A DNA stretch of 64,000 nt, taken from positions 514-64,513 of the forward strand of contig JAZBOQ010000176.1 of assembly GCA_036351195.1 (NCBI GenBank), given 5' to 3'. The DNA is from Thermoanaerobaculales bacterium. Lineage in GTDB: Bacteria; Acidobacteriota; Thermoanaerobaculia; Thermoanaerobaculales; Sulfomarinibacteraceae. Of this stretch, positions 45,694 through 54,479 are shown piece by piece (the stretch's first letter is position 1; every line of letters starts with the position of its first letter). Made by a program: the position numbers and the translations under genes. The notes beneath the pieces are model-generated. The model did no database searches. It saw nothing but the letters and a program-made list of their open reading frames with translations, and was not told where the DNA came from.

Positions 45694-47331
45694 ATGGAGG
45701 CGGTGAGCACATCTCGAGACGACACCCGACGCACCCCGCGGCTGCCGCCGTGGCTGCAGGCGGCGGTGCTGATCGCGGCCGCGCTGGCTCTCCTCTGGCC
45801 GGCTCTCGGCGCCGGGTTCATCTGGGACGACATCCGCCAGATCCAGGACTCTCCTTCCATTGCCGACCCTGATGCCCCTCTCCGGTACTTCTCCCTCAAC
45901 GTGGTGGAGAGCTGGGGATCGGAGGGCCGCGGCGGCGAGGGCGTGGACACCTACCGGCCCCTGTTCTTCGTCGCGCTGTGGGCAATCCACCGCGTCACCG
46001 GCCCCGATCCGTTCTGGTTCCACCTCGCGGTGGTGGCCGCCCACCTCACGGTCTGCCTGCTGCTGTGGATCGCGGCCCGGCGGTGGCTGGGCTCCGACCT
46101 GGCTGCGGCCGGCGTCTTCGCCGCTGTCGCCATCCACCCGGTGACCGCCGAGGCAACCCTCTGGGCGTCCGCCCTGTCCGAGCCCATGTCGGTGGCCGGC
46201 CTGCTCGGCGGGACGCTGATCCTCGACCGGTGGTGCCGGGCCGGCGCCCGCAACCCGGCCGCCGTGGTCGCGGCCGGCGCCACCGTGCTGCTCGGCCTGC
46301 TCTCCAAGGAGGCCGTCCTCACCGCGCTGCCGGTGGTTTCCCTCTACCTGTGGCGGGCGCGCGGTGTCCGGATCTCCGCGCTGGCCGGGCCGTGGGCGGC
46401 GGCCGTCGTCTTCCTCGCGCTCCGGATCCACGCTCTCGGCGGCCTCCAGGCCACCGGCGGCGGTACCAGCCAGCGTCTCGATGCCGTCCGGAACCTCCCG
46501 GTTCTGATTCTCGACGGACTGCGGGCGCTGCTCACCCTGCAGCCGGTGGGCGTTCGCCATCTCTACTGGGACTACCGGAGCGTCTCGTGGGCGATGAGCC
46601 TGCTCGCCGTCTCGCTGGTCCTGGCGCTGGGCGTTCTGGTCTGGCTGACGCGGCGCCGGACGCCCCTCGTTCCGACGGCTTTCGGGGTGCTTGTCTGCAT
46701 GCTGGTCCCTATCGCTCTGATCACCACCGCCCCCGGGTGGAGCGGGTTCGGCCGCTATCTCTACCTTCCCTGGGGATTCATCGCCCTGGCCTTCGCGGCG
46801 GGTTCGCTTCAGCTGCGCGAACGCTACCCGCGCGTGCGGCCGGCGACCCTGGCGGTGGTGGTCGTCTTCCTGGCCCTCGAGCTCATCGGTCTCCGCCACG
46901 CCTTCGCCGTCTACCACAGCCAGGAGAGCCTCGCCCGCGCCTCGGTGGAGCTCCAGCCCCACGCCCCCGACGGCTGGGAGTGGCTCGGCAACCACTACGT
47001 GGCCGTCGACGACCTGCCCAACGCCGCCCGCTGCTACTCGGAGGCCGTCGCCATCGCACCCACCGTCTACCGCCCGCGCCACAACCTCGCCACCGCGCTG
47101 CTCCACCTCGGCCGCCCCGCCGAGGCCCTCGAGCACGAGACCGCCATTGAACGGATTCACGGAACCACCGCCGACGGCGCCGCCGTCGCCGCTGCCGCCA
47201 GCCTCGACCTCGGCCGCCGGGACGAAGCCGGGGAGTGGTTGACCAGGGGGCTTCAGCTCGAACCCGACAACCCGCGACTGCTCGCCCTCCACGCGAGGTG
47301 GACCGAGGAAAGCGCCCCCGACAACGACTGA
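45694..47331 (+). CDS. GT-C-like polytopic membrane protein with C-terminal TPR domain (TMTC/PMT_2-like)
   Basis: First-loop FIWDD motif, about 11 hydrophobic segments, then TPR-like repeats (GNHYVAVDDLPNAARCYSEAVAIAP...). Start at MEAVST. The upstream part of the track ORF is antisense to the GT2 gene. Confidence 0.7.
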   Translation: MEAVSTSRDDTRRTPRLPPWLQAAVLIAAALALLWPALGAGFIWDDIRQIQDSPSIADPDAPLRYFSLNVVESWGSEGRGGEGVDTYRPLFFVALWAIHRVTGPDPFWFHLAVVAAHLTVCLLLWIAARRWLGSDLAAAGVFAAVAIHPVTAEATLWASALSEPMSVAGLLGGTLILDRWCRAGARNPAAVVAAGATVLLGLLSKEAVLTALPVVSLYLWRARGVRISALAGPWAAAVVFLALRIHALGGLQATGGGTSQRLDAVRNLPVLILDGLRALLTLQPVGVRHLYWDYRSVSWAMSLLAVSLVLALGVLVWLTRRRTPLVPTAFGVLVCMLVPIALITTAPGWSGFGRYLYLPWGFIALAFAAGSLQLRERYPRVRPATLAVVVVFLALELIGLRHAFAVYHSQESLARASVELQPHAPDGWEWLGNHYVAVDDLPNAARCYSEAVAIAPTVYRPRHNLATALLHLGRPAEALEHETAIERIHGTTADGAAVAAAASLDLGRRDEAGEWLTRGLQLEPDNPRLLALHARWTEESAPDND

Positions 47332-47359
47332 CCGTTCCGACCTGCGCTACCATCGTTCA

Positions 47360-49345
47360 ATGGGCTCCCACACCGCATCCGGCACCCGCACGCTGGCTGT
47401 CGTCGCAGTGGTGCTGGCGCCTCTCGCCGTGGTGCTCACCTCCTACGGCTGGTACTCTGCGCTGAACTCGGTGATTCCGCTGGGGCTGGGCATCCTCTGG
47501 ACGAGCATCATCACCCTGGCCGCCTGGGGCGCCGGCGAGCCCCTCGTGGGCAGGTTGCTCCCGCACCTCACGGATCCCGGAGAACGAGCGTACTTCGCAC
47601 TCGTGGGGGGGCTCGCGGTCCTCATGGCCACCACCGCCCTCCTCGCCGTCGTCCACCTGCTTCGTCCACCGACGGTCCTCGTGGCCCTCGGCCTCTGGGC
47701 GTGCTTCGGGGCGCTTCGCCTCCACCGCTCACCACCGGAAGCGCTCTCGGCCCATGCGATCCGGATCGACCCGTTCGTCGTGATCGCCGTCGCCGCCGGC
47801 GGGCTGAGCTTTGCCGCCGCCACCACCTTCGCGCCGTTTTACGACCAGTGGCACTACCACCTGGCCTTTCCCGACCAGTGGCTGCGACACGGAACCATCC
47901 TCACCTTCGAGCGCCACGCCTACTCCTTCCTGCCGTCCAATATGGGCCTGCTCTATGTCGACGCCCTGGCCGGTCCCGGCGGGTGGGCGGCCCAGATCAT
48001 CCACTGGCTCACGGGCGCCCTCACCGCATGGGGATCGGTCCTTCTCAGCCGACGCCTCGGCGCCGACCGGGCCGGTGGAGCCCTCGCGGCCGCGGTCTTT
48101 CTGGCCACCCCGGCGGTCATCCAGATGGGCGCCCTGGCGGGCTCGGATCTCGGCGTCGCCCTGTTCACCGTGGCGGCTGCCCTGGCCCTTGCCCGCGTTG
48201 CCGATGATCAGGTCTTCAGCGCCAAGAGAGCACTCGTCATCGGGGGGCTCACCGGCCTCGCCGTCGGCTGCAAGTACCTGGCGCTGGCCACCACCGCCAT
48301 TCCCGTCGTCGCCGTCGCTGCAGCGCTCGCTCTTCGGGTCCCCGGACCGCAGCGGTTTCGTCGCGCCGGCGCGACGGTGCTCCTCATCGGCGCCGGCGCC
48401 GCCGTCACCGCCGGTCCCTGGCTTCTGCGCAACGCCATCGTCGCCGGCAACCCCACCGAGCCCTACTTCTCGTCGGTCTTCGAGCCTTCCGCGGATGTCG
48501 AGGACGTCACCGAGGGGGTCGGCGCCTTCGGCCTCGGCGCCGAGAAAATCGGAGCCGCCCTGACCCTGGGCACCTTCACGCCCCGCGGCCATTCCGGCAA
48601 CATCGGCCCCGTTCACCTGGCCCTGATCCCGCTGACGTTGGTCTGGCTCTGGCGGCACCGCCGCCGGCCCGCCGTCATCGCCACTGCCGCGCTCATCGCC
48701 GGCGGGGTGCTGCTCTGGGCCCTCGGTCCGCCGCTGGGCCGCTACCTGCTGCCCACCCTGGCTCTGCTCGCCGCCGGCGCCGGCGCCGCCTGGACCCAGG
48801 TCGTCGGCGCCCTGGATCGACGTTTCCGCACGGGGTGCGCCATCGCGCTCGCCGCCGTTCTCGCGGCCAACTGCAACCCGGTGCGAACCGAGTACCTGCC
48901 GGACCAGCTCAGGTGCTTCGCCGGCGCCGCCGACACCGAAGCGGTGCTCGCGGCCAACTGCACCCAGCTGCCCGCCGTCCGCGCCGCCAATGCAACGCTG
49001 CCCGCCGACGCGGTTGTCCTCATGGTCGGCGAGCCCCGGGTGTTCGGCCTCGAGCGGGATTTCGTCGTCGAGGATTCCTTTCGGACGCCTCTTCTGGTGG
49101 AGCTCGCCGAGCGCTCCGCCTCAGCGGAAGAGCTCGCCGCCCATCTCGCCGACCACGGTGTCACTCACCTTCTCGTCAATCACGCAGAGGCCCGGCGCAT
49201 CGCCACCGCCGAAGGGCGCGAGCACTATCTCGAGTGCTCCGGTCCCGACGCCCAGCGGATCCTCGCCCGCTTCCTCGCCGAGTACACCAGGCCGGTCGCC
49301 GACGGCGAGTGGTGGGAGGTGGCCGCCCTCATCGGCGCCGGGTAG
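47360..49345 (+). CDS. large polytopic membrane protein with soluble C-terminal domain (possible second GT-C-type enzyme)
   Basis: More than 12 hydrophobic segments over about 450 aa, the loop FAPFYDQWHYH and a soluble tail of about 180 aa. Function is inferred from context only. Confidence 0.55.
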   Translation: MGSHTASGTRTLAVVAVVLAPLAVVLTSYGWYSALNSVIPLGLGILWTSIITLAAWGAGEPLVGRLLPHLTDPGERAYFALVGGLAVLMATTALLAVVHLLRPPTVLVALGLWACFGALRLHRSPPEALSAHAIRIDPFVVIAVAAGGLSFAAATTFAPFYDQWHYHLAFPDQWLRHGTILTFERHAYSFLPSNMGLLYVDALAGPGGWAAQIIHWLTGALTAWGSVLLSRRLGADRAGGALAAAVFLATPAVIQMGALAGSDLGVALFTVAAALALARVADDQVFSAKRALVIGGLTGLAVGCKYLALATTAIPVVAVAAALALRVPGPQRFRRAGATVLLIGAGAAVTAGPWLLRNAIVAGNPTEPYFSSVFEPSADVEDVTEGVGAFGLGAEKIGAALTLGTFTPRGHSGNIGPVHLALIPLTLVWLWRHRRRPAVIATAALIAGGVLLWALGPPLGRYLLPTLALLAAGAGAAWTQVVGALDRRFRTGCAIALAAVLAANCNPVRTEYLPDQLRCFAGAADTEAVLAANCTQLPAVRAANATLPADAVVLMVGEPRVFGLERDFVVEDSFRTPLLVELAERSASAEELAAHLADHGVTHLLVNHAEARRIATAEGREHYLECSGPDAQRILARFLAEYTRPVADGEWWEVAALIGAG

Positions 49346-49379
49346 CCCACCGCCGTCTCCGCAAACCGGCGATTCGAGC

Positions 49380-50543
49380 TCAGGTCGCCCCCGCTGCGTC
49401 GACGAGGATCTTCTCCATTCGATCGACGTGGCGTGCGACAGAGAACTCCTCCTGCGCGCGGCGACGGCCCGAGGAGCCCATTCGCCGCCGCAGCTCGCCG
49501 TCGGCCGCCAGCCGCACCAACCGGTCCCCCAGCGCTGCCGTGTCGCCGGGGTCCACCACATACCCGGTCGCCCCGTCGTCGACCATCTCGGCAACACCGC
49601 CGGTGCAAAACGCGACCACCGGACGAGCCGCCGCCATCGCCTCCATGATCACTCTCGGCAGGGAGTCCGGCCAGATGCTGGAGAAAGCCACGATGTCCAG
49701 CGCCGACAGCAGATCGAAGACATCGTTCACCGGAGGCAGCAGACTGAATCGACCGGAATGCGGCGAGCCGGCCACCCGCGACCGCAGGGCGGCGACGTCC
49801 GACTCGGGGCCGTAGACGGCGATCACGGCATGGAGCCGCGAGCTCCGCTCCATGGCCCGCTCCGCCGCATCGACGAAGCGTCCGACGCCCTTGTGCTCCG
49901 CCGCCCCCCCGAGGAATCCGGCCAGGACATCGTCGGCGGGAAGGCCGAGCTCCGCCCGAACCGCCGACCCGGCGCGGCTCCCTTCCGGAACCGCCACCCC
50001 GTTGTGGACGACCTCGACCCGGTCCCCCAGGCCTTCATCGCGAATCCACGCCGCCACGGCCTCGCTGACCGCAACGATGCGGCGAGCATCTCGGGCGAGC
50101 CTTCGGGCGAAGAACCGGCGACGGCTTCCCGGCGGAACGATCTCGCGAACATGCCACACCACCGGCAGACCGAGCGCCCGCGCCGCAGCCGCTCCCTTGA
50201 GCTGAGGCAGGCAGTTGACGAGCACGACCTCGGGCCAGAAGCGGTCCAGCCACACCATCATCCGCCGAACGCCGAGATCGGGAGCCCGCCAGCGCAGGTA
50301 GCGCATCACCTGGGTCACGAGGGGCTGGCGCCCCCACTGGACGAGCCAGCAGGGGCGGCTCGGGATCTCCGCCACCTCGACCCCCGCCCCTCTCATTGCA
50401 TTCGACAGGCACCACGTCCCCGGAGCGATGATCCCGGACTCGTGCCCCCGTCGCGCCAGGTGCTCCACCAGCGATGCCAGGCTCTTTTCGGCACCGGTGG
50501 GGGTCGCCGGCGAAGCGAGGTGGGAAACCGCGGCGATCTTCAT
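49380..50543 (-). CDS. glycosyltransferase family 4 (GT-B)
   Basis: C-terminal signature D..P.V..EAMAA.RPVVA...GG..EMV.DG.TG. 4-nt overlap with asnB. Confidence 0.8.
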   Translation of the reverse strand: MKIAAVSHLASPATPTGAEKSLASLVEHLARRGHESGIIAPGTWCLSNAMRGAGVEVAEIPSRPCWLVQWGRQPLVTQVMRYLRWRAPDLGVRRMMVWLDRFWPEVVLVNCLPQLKGAAAARALGLPVVWHVREIVPPGSRRRFFARRLARDARRIVAVSEAVAAWIRDEGLGDRVEVVHNGVAVPEGSRAGSAVRAELGLPADDVLAGFLGGAAEHKGVGRFVDAAERAMERSSRLHAVIAVYGPESDVAALRSRVAGSPHSGRFSLLPPVNDVFDLLSALDIVAFSSIWPDSLPRVIMEAMAAARPVVAFCTGGVAEMVDDGATGYVVDPGDTAALGDRLVRLAADGELRRRMGSSGRRRAQEEFSVARHVDRMEKILVDAAGAT

Positions 50544-52420
50544 CCGGCCTTCCCCGAGGGCGCGTCGTCAAGCCGGCGCTGCCAGTGCTCGAGCACCATC
50601 AGGGTCCACAGAGCCGTCCCGTGATCCCGCCGTCCGGTCATGTGCTCGTCGAGCATGGCGGCGACCACTCCGACGTCGAAGAGCCCCCGTCGGCGGCAGG
50701 CGTCCGGCGACAGCAGCTCCCGGGCCGCATCCGCGAGATCCGACCGCAGCCACGGCCCGATGGGGGTGGCGAAGGCCTGCTTGCGGCGGCTCGCCGCGGT
50801 TGTGGGGATCAACCCCTTCACGGCTCGCCGAAGGAGGATCTTGTCCCTGAAGAGCGTCGCCTTCAGCCGCCCCGGCAGCGGAAGCACCAGGTCCACCACC
50901 TCGTTGTCGAGGAAAGGAACCCGCACCTCGAGGGAGTTGGCCATGCTCATGCGGTCGACCTTGGGCAGAAGATCGCCCGGCAGGAAGCCCTCGCGGTCGG
51001 TCATCAGACGACCGTTGACGGGATCAGCGGCCTGATACCCCAGCCACCGCTCGGCCAGATCGGCCAGGGGTTGGAGCATGGCCTCTTCGTCGGCCATGGG
51101 ATCGATGGCCAACTCGTCGATCTCGCCGGCGGTGAAGATGCGGCCCCAGTGCAGCTGGCGCGCCAGGCCCGGGGCCATTCTCGACCGCTCGACGAGCCGA
51201 GCCGACGGACGCCGTCCCGTCAGCCTCATGGCGAGAGGCACCATACGCCGCCCCGGGCCGCCGAGGACGTCGAAGGCGACGTCGAAGCGCTGCCGCTCGT
51301 AGCCGCCGAAGACCTCGTCGGCGCCCTCGCCCGACAGCGCCACCGTCACCGACCGCCGCGCCAGGCGGGACATGTACCACGTCGGGATCGCGGTGCAGTC
51401 GGCGTTGGGCGTGTCCAGGCCGTCGAGAATGGCGGGGAGATCTCTCGCCACGGTGGCGGAATCCATCACCAGCTCGTGGTGGTCGCTGCCCAGGTGCTCG
51501 GCCACCACGCGGGCGGCCGGCAGCTCGGAGACGGCCCCCGGACCTTCGAAGCCCACCGAGAAGGTGCGCAGCGGGCCCGACACCGCACGTTCGGCGAAGG
51601 CCGACACCGTTGACGAGTCCACCCCACCCGAGAGGAAGACTCCGACGGGGACGTCTGCCACGAGCTGGCGCGTCACAGCCGCAGCCAGCGTTTCGCGAAG
51701 CCGTTGCGCCGCATCATCGAGGCTCGGCGCCCGATGGTCGGGCTCGGGCGGGCGCCAGTACTGGCAGGTCTCGACCCGGCCGTCGGCGCCGAGGCTGATT
51801 CGACAGCCGGGCGGCACCGCCTCCACCTGGTCGAGGAGCGTCCCTCCGGGCGTCGGGTAGCCCAGGGCGAGGTAGTGGCGCAGCTCGGCGCGATCGAGCC
51901 GCCGGGCAGAGGGAAAGCCTCCGGCAAGCAGCGCCCGCAGCTCCGACGCGAAGGCCGTCTCACCACCGTCCCGGCACCAGAAGAGCGGTTTGATGCCGAA
52001 GCGGTCCCGCGCCAGATGGAGCACCCGTTCTCGGGCGTCCCACAACGCGATGGCAAACATGCCGTTGAGCCGGAGGAGGCAACCGATGCCCTCCTCGGCG
52101 AATAGTCGAAGCACCACTTCCGCGTCGCCCTTGCTCCGAAACCGGTGGCCCTTCGACTGGAGCTCTGCGCGCAGCTCGCGGAAGTTGTAGATCTCACCGT
52201 TGAGGACTACCGCCGCCCGTCCGTCGGAGAGCACGATGGGCTGCTGCCCGGTCTCGAGGTCGATCACCGACAACCGCCGGAAGCCCAGCGACGCCGACTC
52301 GTCGTCGAAGAACCCCTCGTCGTCCGGACCACGGTGGATCAACGTCGCTGTCATGGCGCGAACCCGCCGCGACCGCTCGATGCGATCCGTCTGCCCGAGG
52401 ATTCCGGCGATGCCGCACAT
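50540..52420 (-). CDS. asnB: asparagine synthase (glutamine-hydrolysing) family amidotransferase
   Basis: N-terminal MCGIAG nucleophile, HRGPDD and the PP-loop FLSGGVDSS. Confidence 0.9.
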   Translation of the reverse strand: MCGIAGILGQTDRIERSRRVRAMTATLIHRGPDDEGFFDDESASLGFRRLSVIDLETGQQPIVLSDGRAAVVLNGEIYNFRELRAELQSKGHRFRSKGDAEVVLRLFAEEGIGCLLRLNGMFAIALWDARERVLHLARDRFGIKPLFWCRDGGETAFASELRALLAGGFPSARRLDRAELRHYLALGYPTPGGTLLDQVEAVPPGCRISLGADGRVETCQYWRPPEPDHRAPSLDDAAQRLRETLAAAVTRQLVADVPVGVFLSGGVDSSTVSAFAERAVSGPLRTFSVGFEGPGAVSELPAARVVAEHLGSDHHELVMDSATVARDLPAILDGLDTPNADCTAIPTWYMSRLARRSVTVALSGEGADEVFGGYERQRFDVAFDVLGGPGRRMVPLAMRLTGRRPSARLVERSRMAPGLARQLHWGRIFTAGEIDELAIDPMADEEAMLQPLADLAERWLGYQAADPVNGRLMTDREGFLPGDLLPKVDRMSMANSLEVRVPFLDNEVVDLVLPLPGRLKATLFRDKILLRRAVKGLIPTTAASRRKQAFATPIGPWLRSDLADAARELLSPDACRRRGLFDVGVVAAMLDEHMTGRRDHGTALWTLMVLEHWQRRLDDAPSGKAG

Positions 52421-52427
52421 AGCTCGA

Positions 52428-53525
52428 TTATGACAGTCGTTCTCTGTTGGCCGCGACCACGCGATCGAGGGTGCCGACGAGTCTGTCGGCGATTACCGGT
52501 TGCGAGTACTTCCTGACCACGGTCTCGCGCCCCGCCTCGCCGAGGCGACGACGGAGCTGGGCATCGACCAGCAGGCGCTCCAGCGCCGCCACCCACTCGG
52601 CCCCGGACGAGGCCAGCACGGCGTTGTGCCCGTCCTGCACCACCTGACGGTTCATCCCCACCGGCGACGCCACCGCCGGCAGTCCCAACGCCATGTACTG
52701 CAGAAGCTTGAACGCGCACTTCGCCCGCGTCCAGGCATCGTCGACCAGCGGCATCAAACCGACCTTCATATCGCGGAAGCCGTCGAGCTCTGCCGCAAGG
52801 GACCACCGTCGGAACTCCATCGGCACACCCTCCAGGCGGGGCTTCTCGTCGGCAAACACGATCAACCGGAAGTCCGGCCGGCGAACCGCAAGCTCACGAA
52901 GCGGTTCCGCAAGCGCCTCGAGGTAGCCGATGTTGCTCGAGTGGCCGACCCAGCCGACGCCGGCCCCCTCTCCACCTCCGGCAAGGGCTTCCGGCCGGAA
53001 TCGATCGCAGTCGACGGCGGTGGGGAGGATTTCGGTCCTCTCGTGCGCCACCTCGCCGGCGATCTCCGCGTTGCCGCACAGCACAAGCTCGGCCGCAGCC
53101 GCCGTCGCGTCGAAGTTTCGCCGGTAGCGACCTCGAGCCGAGGCGGTCTGCGGCTCGGCCGGAGACGGAAGATAGAGCGCGTCGTCGACATCGAAGACTA
53201 CCGGCGCACCACGCCGAGCCAGCACGCGGGCGAGGCGAGGCGGGTAACACCGCCGGTGAACCAACAGCAGGTCGGCGCCCCGGTGGCGGCGCAGATCGCG
53301 GAGCTCGTCAATGAGCCGGAGGGGCGCCCGAAGCAGGCGCGATGCGGGTCTCGGACGCTGGAAGGCGACCTCGACGCGATAACCGGCCGCCGCCAATGCG
53401 TCGCGGTGGGCCAGGACCCGAAACCGCGTGCTGGCCACCGTCTCGTCACCCACGACGAGGACGCCCAGACGACGCTCTCGGTGTCCCGCCTTCGCACCGG
53501 CCACTGCTGCCGTCGGCCCGCCCAT
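52428..53525 (-). CDS. glycosyltransferase (GT-B, family 1/4-like)
   Basis: C-terminal K...Y.A.GLP.VASP.G.N...V.DG.N..L motif. The ATG at 53525 overlaps the fcl TGA by 1 nt. An alternative start lies at 53552. Confidence 0.75.
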   Translation of the reverse strand: MGGPTAAVAGAKAGHRERRLGVLVVGDETVASTRFRVLAHRDALAAAGYRVEVAFQRPRPASRLLRAPLRLIDELRDLRRHRGADLLLVHRRCYPPRLARVLARRGAPVVFDVDDALYLPSPAEPQTASARGRYRRNFDATAAAAELVLCGNAEIAGEVAHERTEILPTAVDCDRFRPEALAGGGEGAGVGWVGHSSNIGYLEALAEPLRELAVRRPDFRLIVFADEKPRLEGVPMEFRRWSLAAELDGFRDMKVGLMPLVDDAWTRAKCAFKLLQYMALGLPAVASPVGMNRQVVQDGHNAVLASSGAEWVAALERLLVDAQLRRRLGEAGRETVVRKYSQPVIADRLVGTLDRVVAANRERLS

Positions 53526-54466
53526 CACCCCGCGCCGTGATCGAGGAACCAATGGTAGGTTGACTCGATCCCGTCCGCGAGCTCAATCCGGTGACGCCAT
53601 CCGAGCTCGTGCAACCGCGTGACGTCCAGTAGCTTTTGCGGCATGCCGTCGGGCTTTGTCGAGTCGAAAACGAGCTTCGCACCGGGATGGACGATCTCCG
53701 CCACCAACTCCGCGAGCTCGCGAATGTTCTGGTCGACCCCGGTACCCACGTTGAGGTGCTCCGCCTCGTCGTAGTTTCGCATGAGGAACAGGCAGGCGTC
53801 TGCGAGATCGTCGACGTGGAGAAACTCCCGCCGCGGTGCGCCCGTCCCCCACAGCGTTACCTCGGCCCGACCCTCGACCTTCGCCTCGTGGAAGCGCCGG
53901 ATCAGCGCCGGCAGGACGTGCGAGCTCTCCAGGTCGAAGTTGTCGTTGGGACCGTAGAGATTGGTGGGCATGGCAGAGATGAAGTCGCAGCCGTACTGCT
54001 TCCGGTAGGCCTGACAGAGCTTGATCCCCGCGATCTTGGCCACGGCGTAGGACTCGTTCGTCGGCTCCAACGGCCCGGAGAGCAGCTCCTCTTCGCGCAT
54101 GGGCTGAGCGCACTCGCGCGGGTAGATGCACGACGAGCCGAGGTACAGAAGCCGCTTGACCCCATACAGGTGCGCGGCGTGGACCACCGTGGCGTGGATC
54201 ATCATGTTGTCGTAGATGAACTCCGCCGGCCGGGTTGAGTTGGCCATGATGCCGCCCACCGTGCCTGCCACCAGGAAGACGAACTCCGGCCGGTTGGCCT
54301 TGAACCAGTAGTTCACCGCCGCCTGATCACGCAGATCGAGCTGCTCCCGCGTCGCAGTGAGCACCGCCTCGAGCCCCTCGTCCTCGAGCCGCCGGAGGAC
54401 GGCCGACCCCACCAACCCGGTGTGACCGGCGACGAAAACATGTGAAGAGGGAGTTAGCTCACGCAT
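53525..54466 (-). CDS. fcl: GDP-L-fucose synthase
   Basis: VFVAGHTGLVGSA, GSSCIYP, YAVAKIAG and PTNLYGPNDNF are canonical Fcl strings. Start at MRELTP after GGAGA. Confidence 0.9.
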   Translation of the reverse strand: MRELTPSSHVFVAGHTGLVGSAVLRRLEDEGLEAVLTATREQLDLRDQAAVNYWFKANRPEFVFLVAGTVGGIMANSTRPAEFIYDNMMIHATVVHAAHLYGVKRLLYLGSSCIYPRECAQPMREEELLSGPLEPTNESYAVAKIAGIKLCQAYRKQYGCDFISAMPTNLYGPNDNFDLESSHVLPALIRRFHEAKVEGRAEVTLWGTGAPRREFLHVDDLADACLFLMRNYDEAEHLNVGTGVDQNIRELAELVAEIVHPGAKLVFDSTKPDGMPQKLLDVTRLHELGWRHRIELADGIESTYHWFLDHGAG

Positions 54467-54479
54467 GGATTCTCCATTC

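Noticed and set aside
45655-50624. Long antisense ORFs (45655-47292, 47729-48658, 48990-50624, 45978-47150)
   Set aside because: All lie opposite genes with clear membrane-protein or GT4 signatures. They have the extreme Arg/Gly/Pro bias of high-GC off-frame translation.
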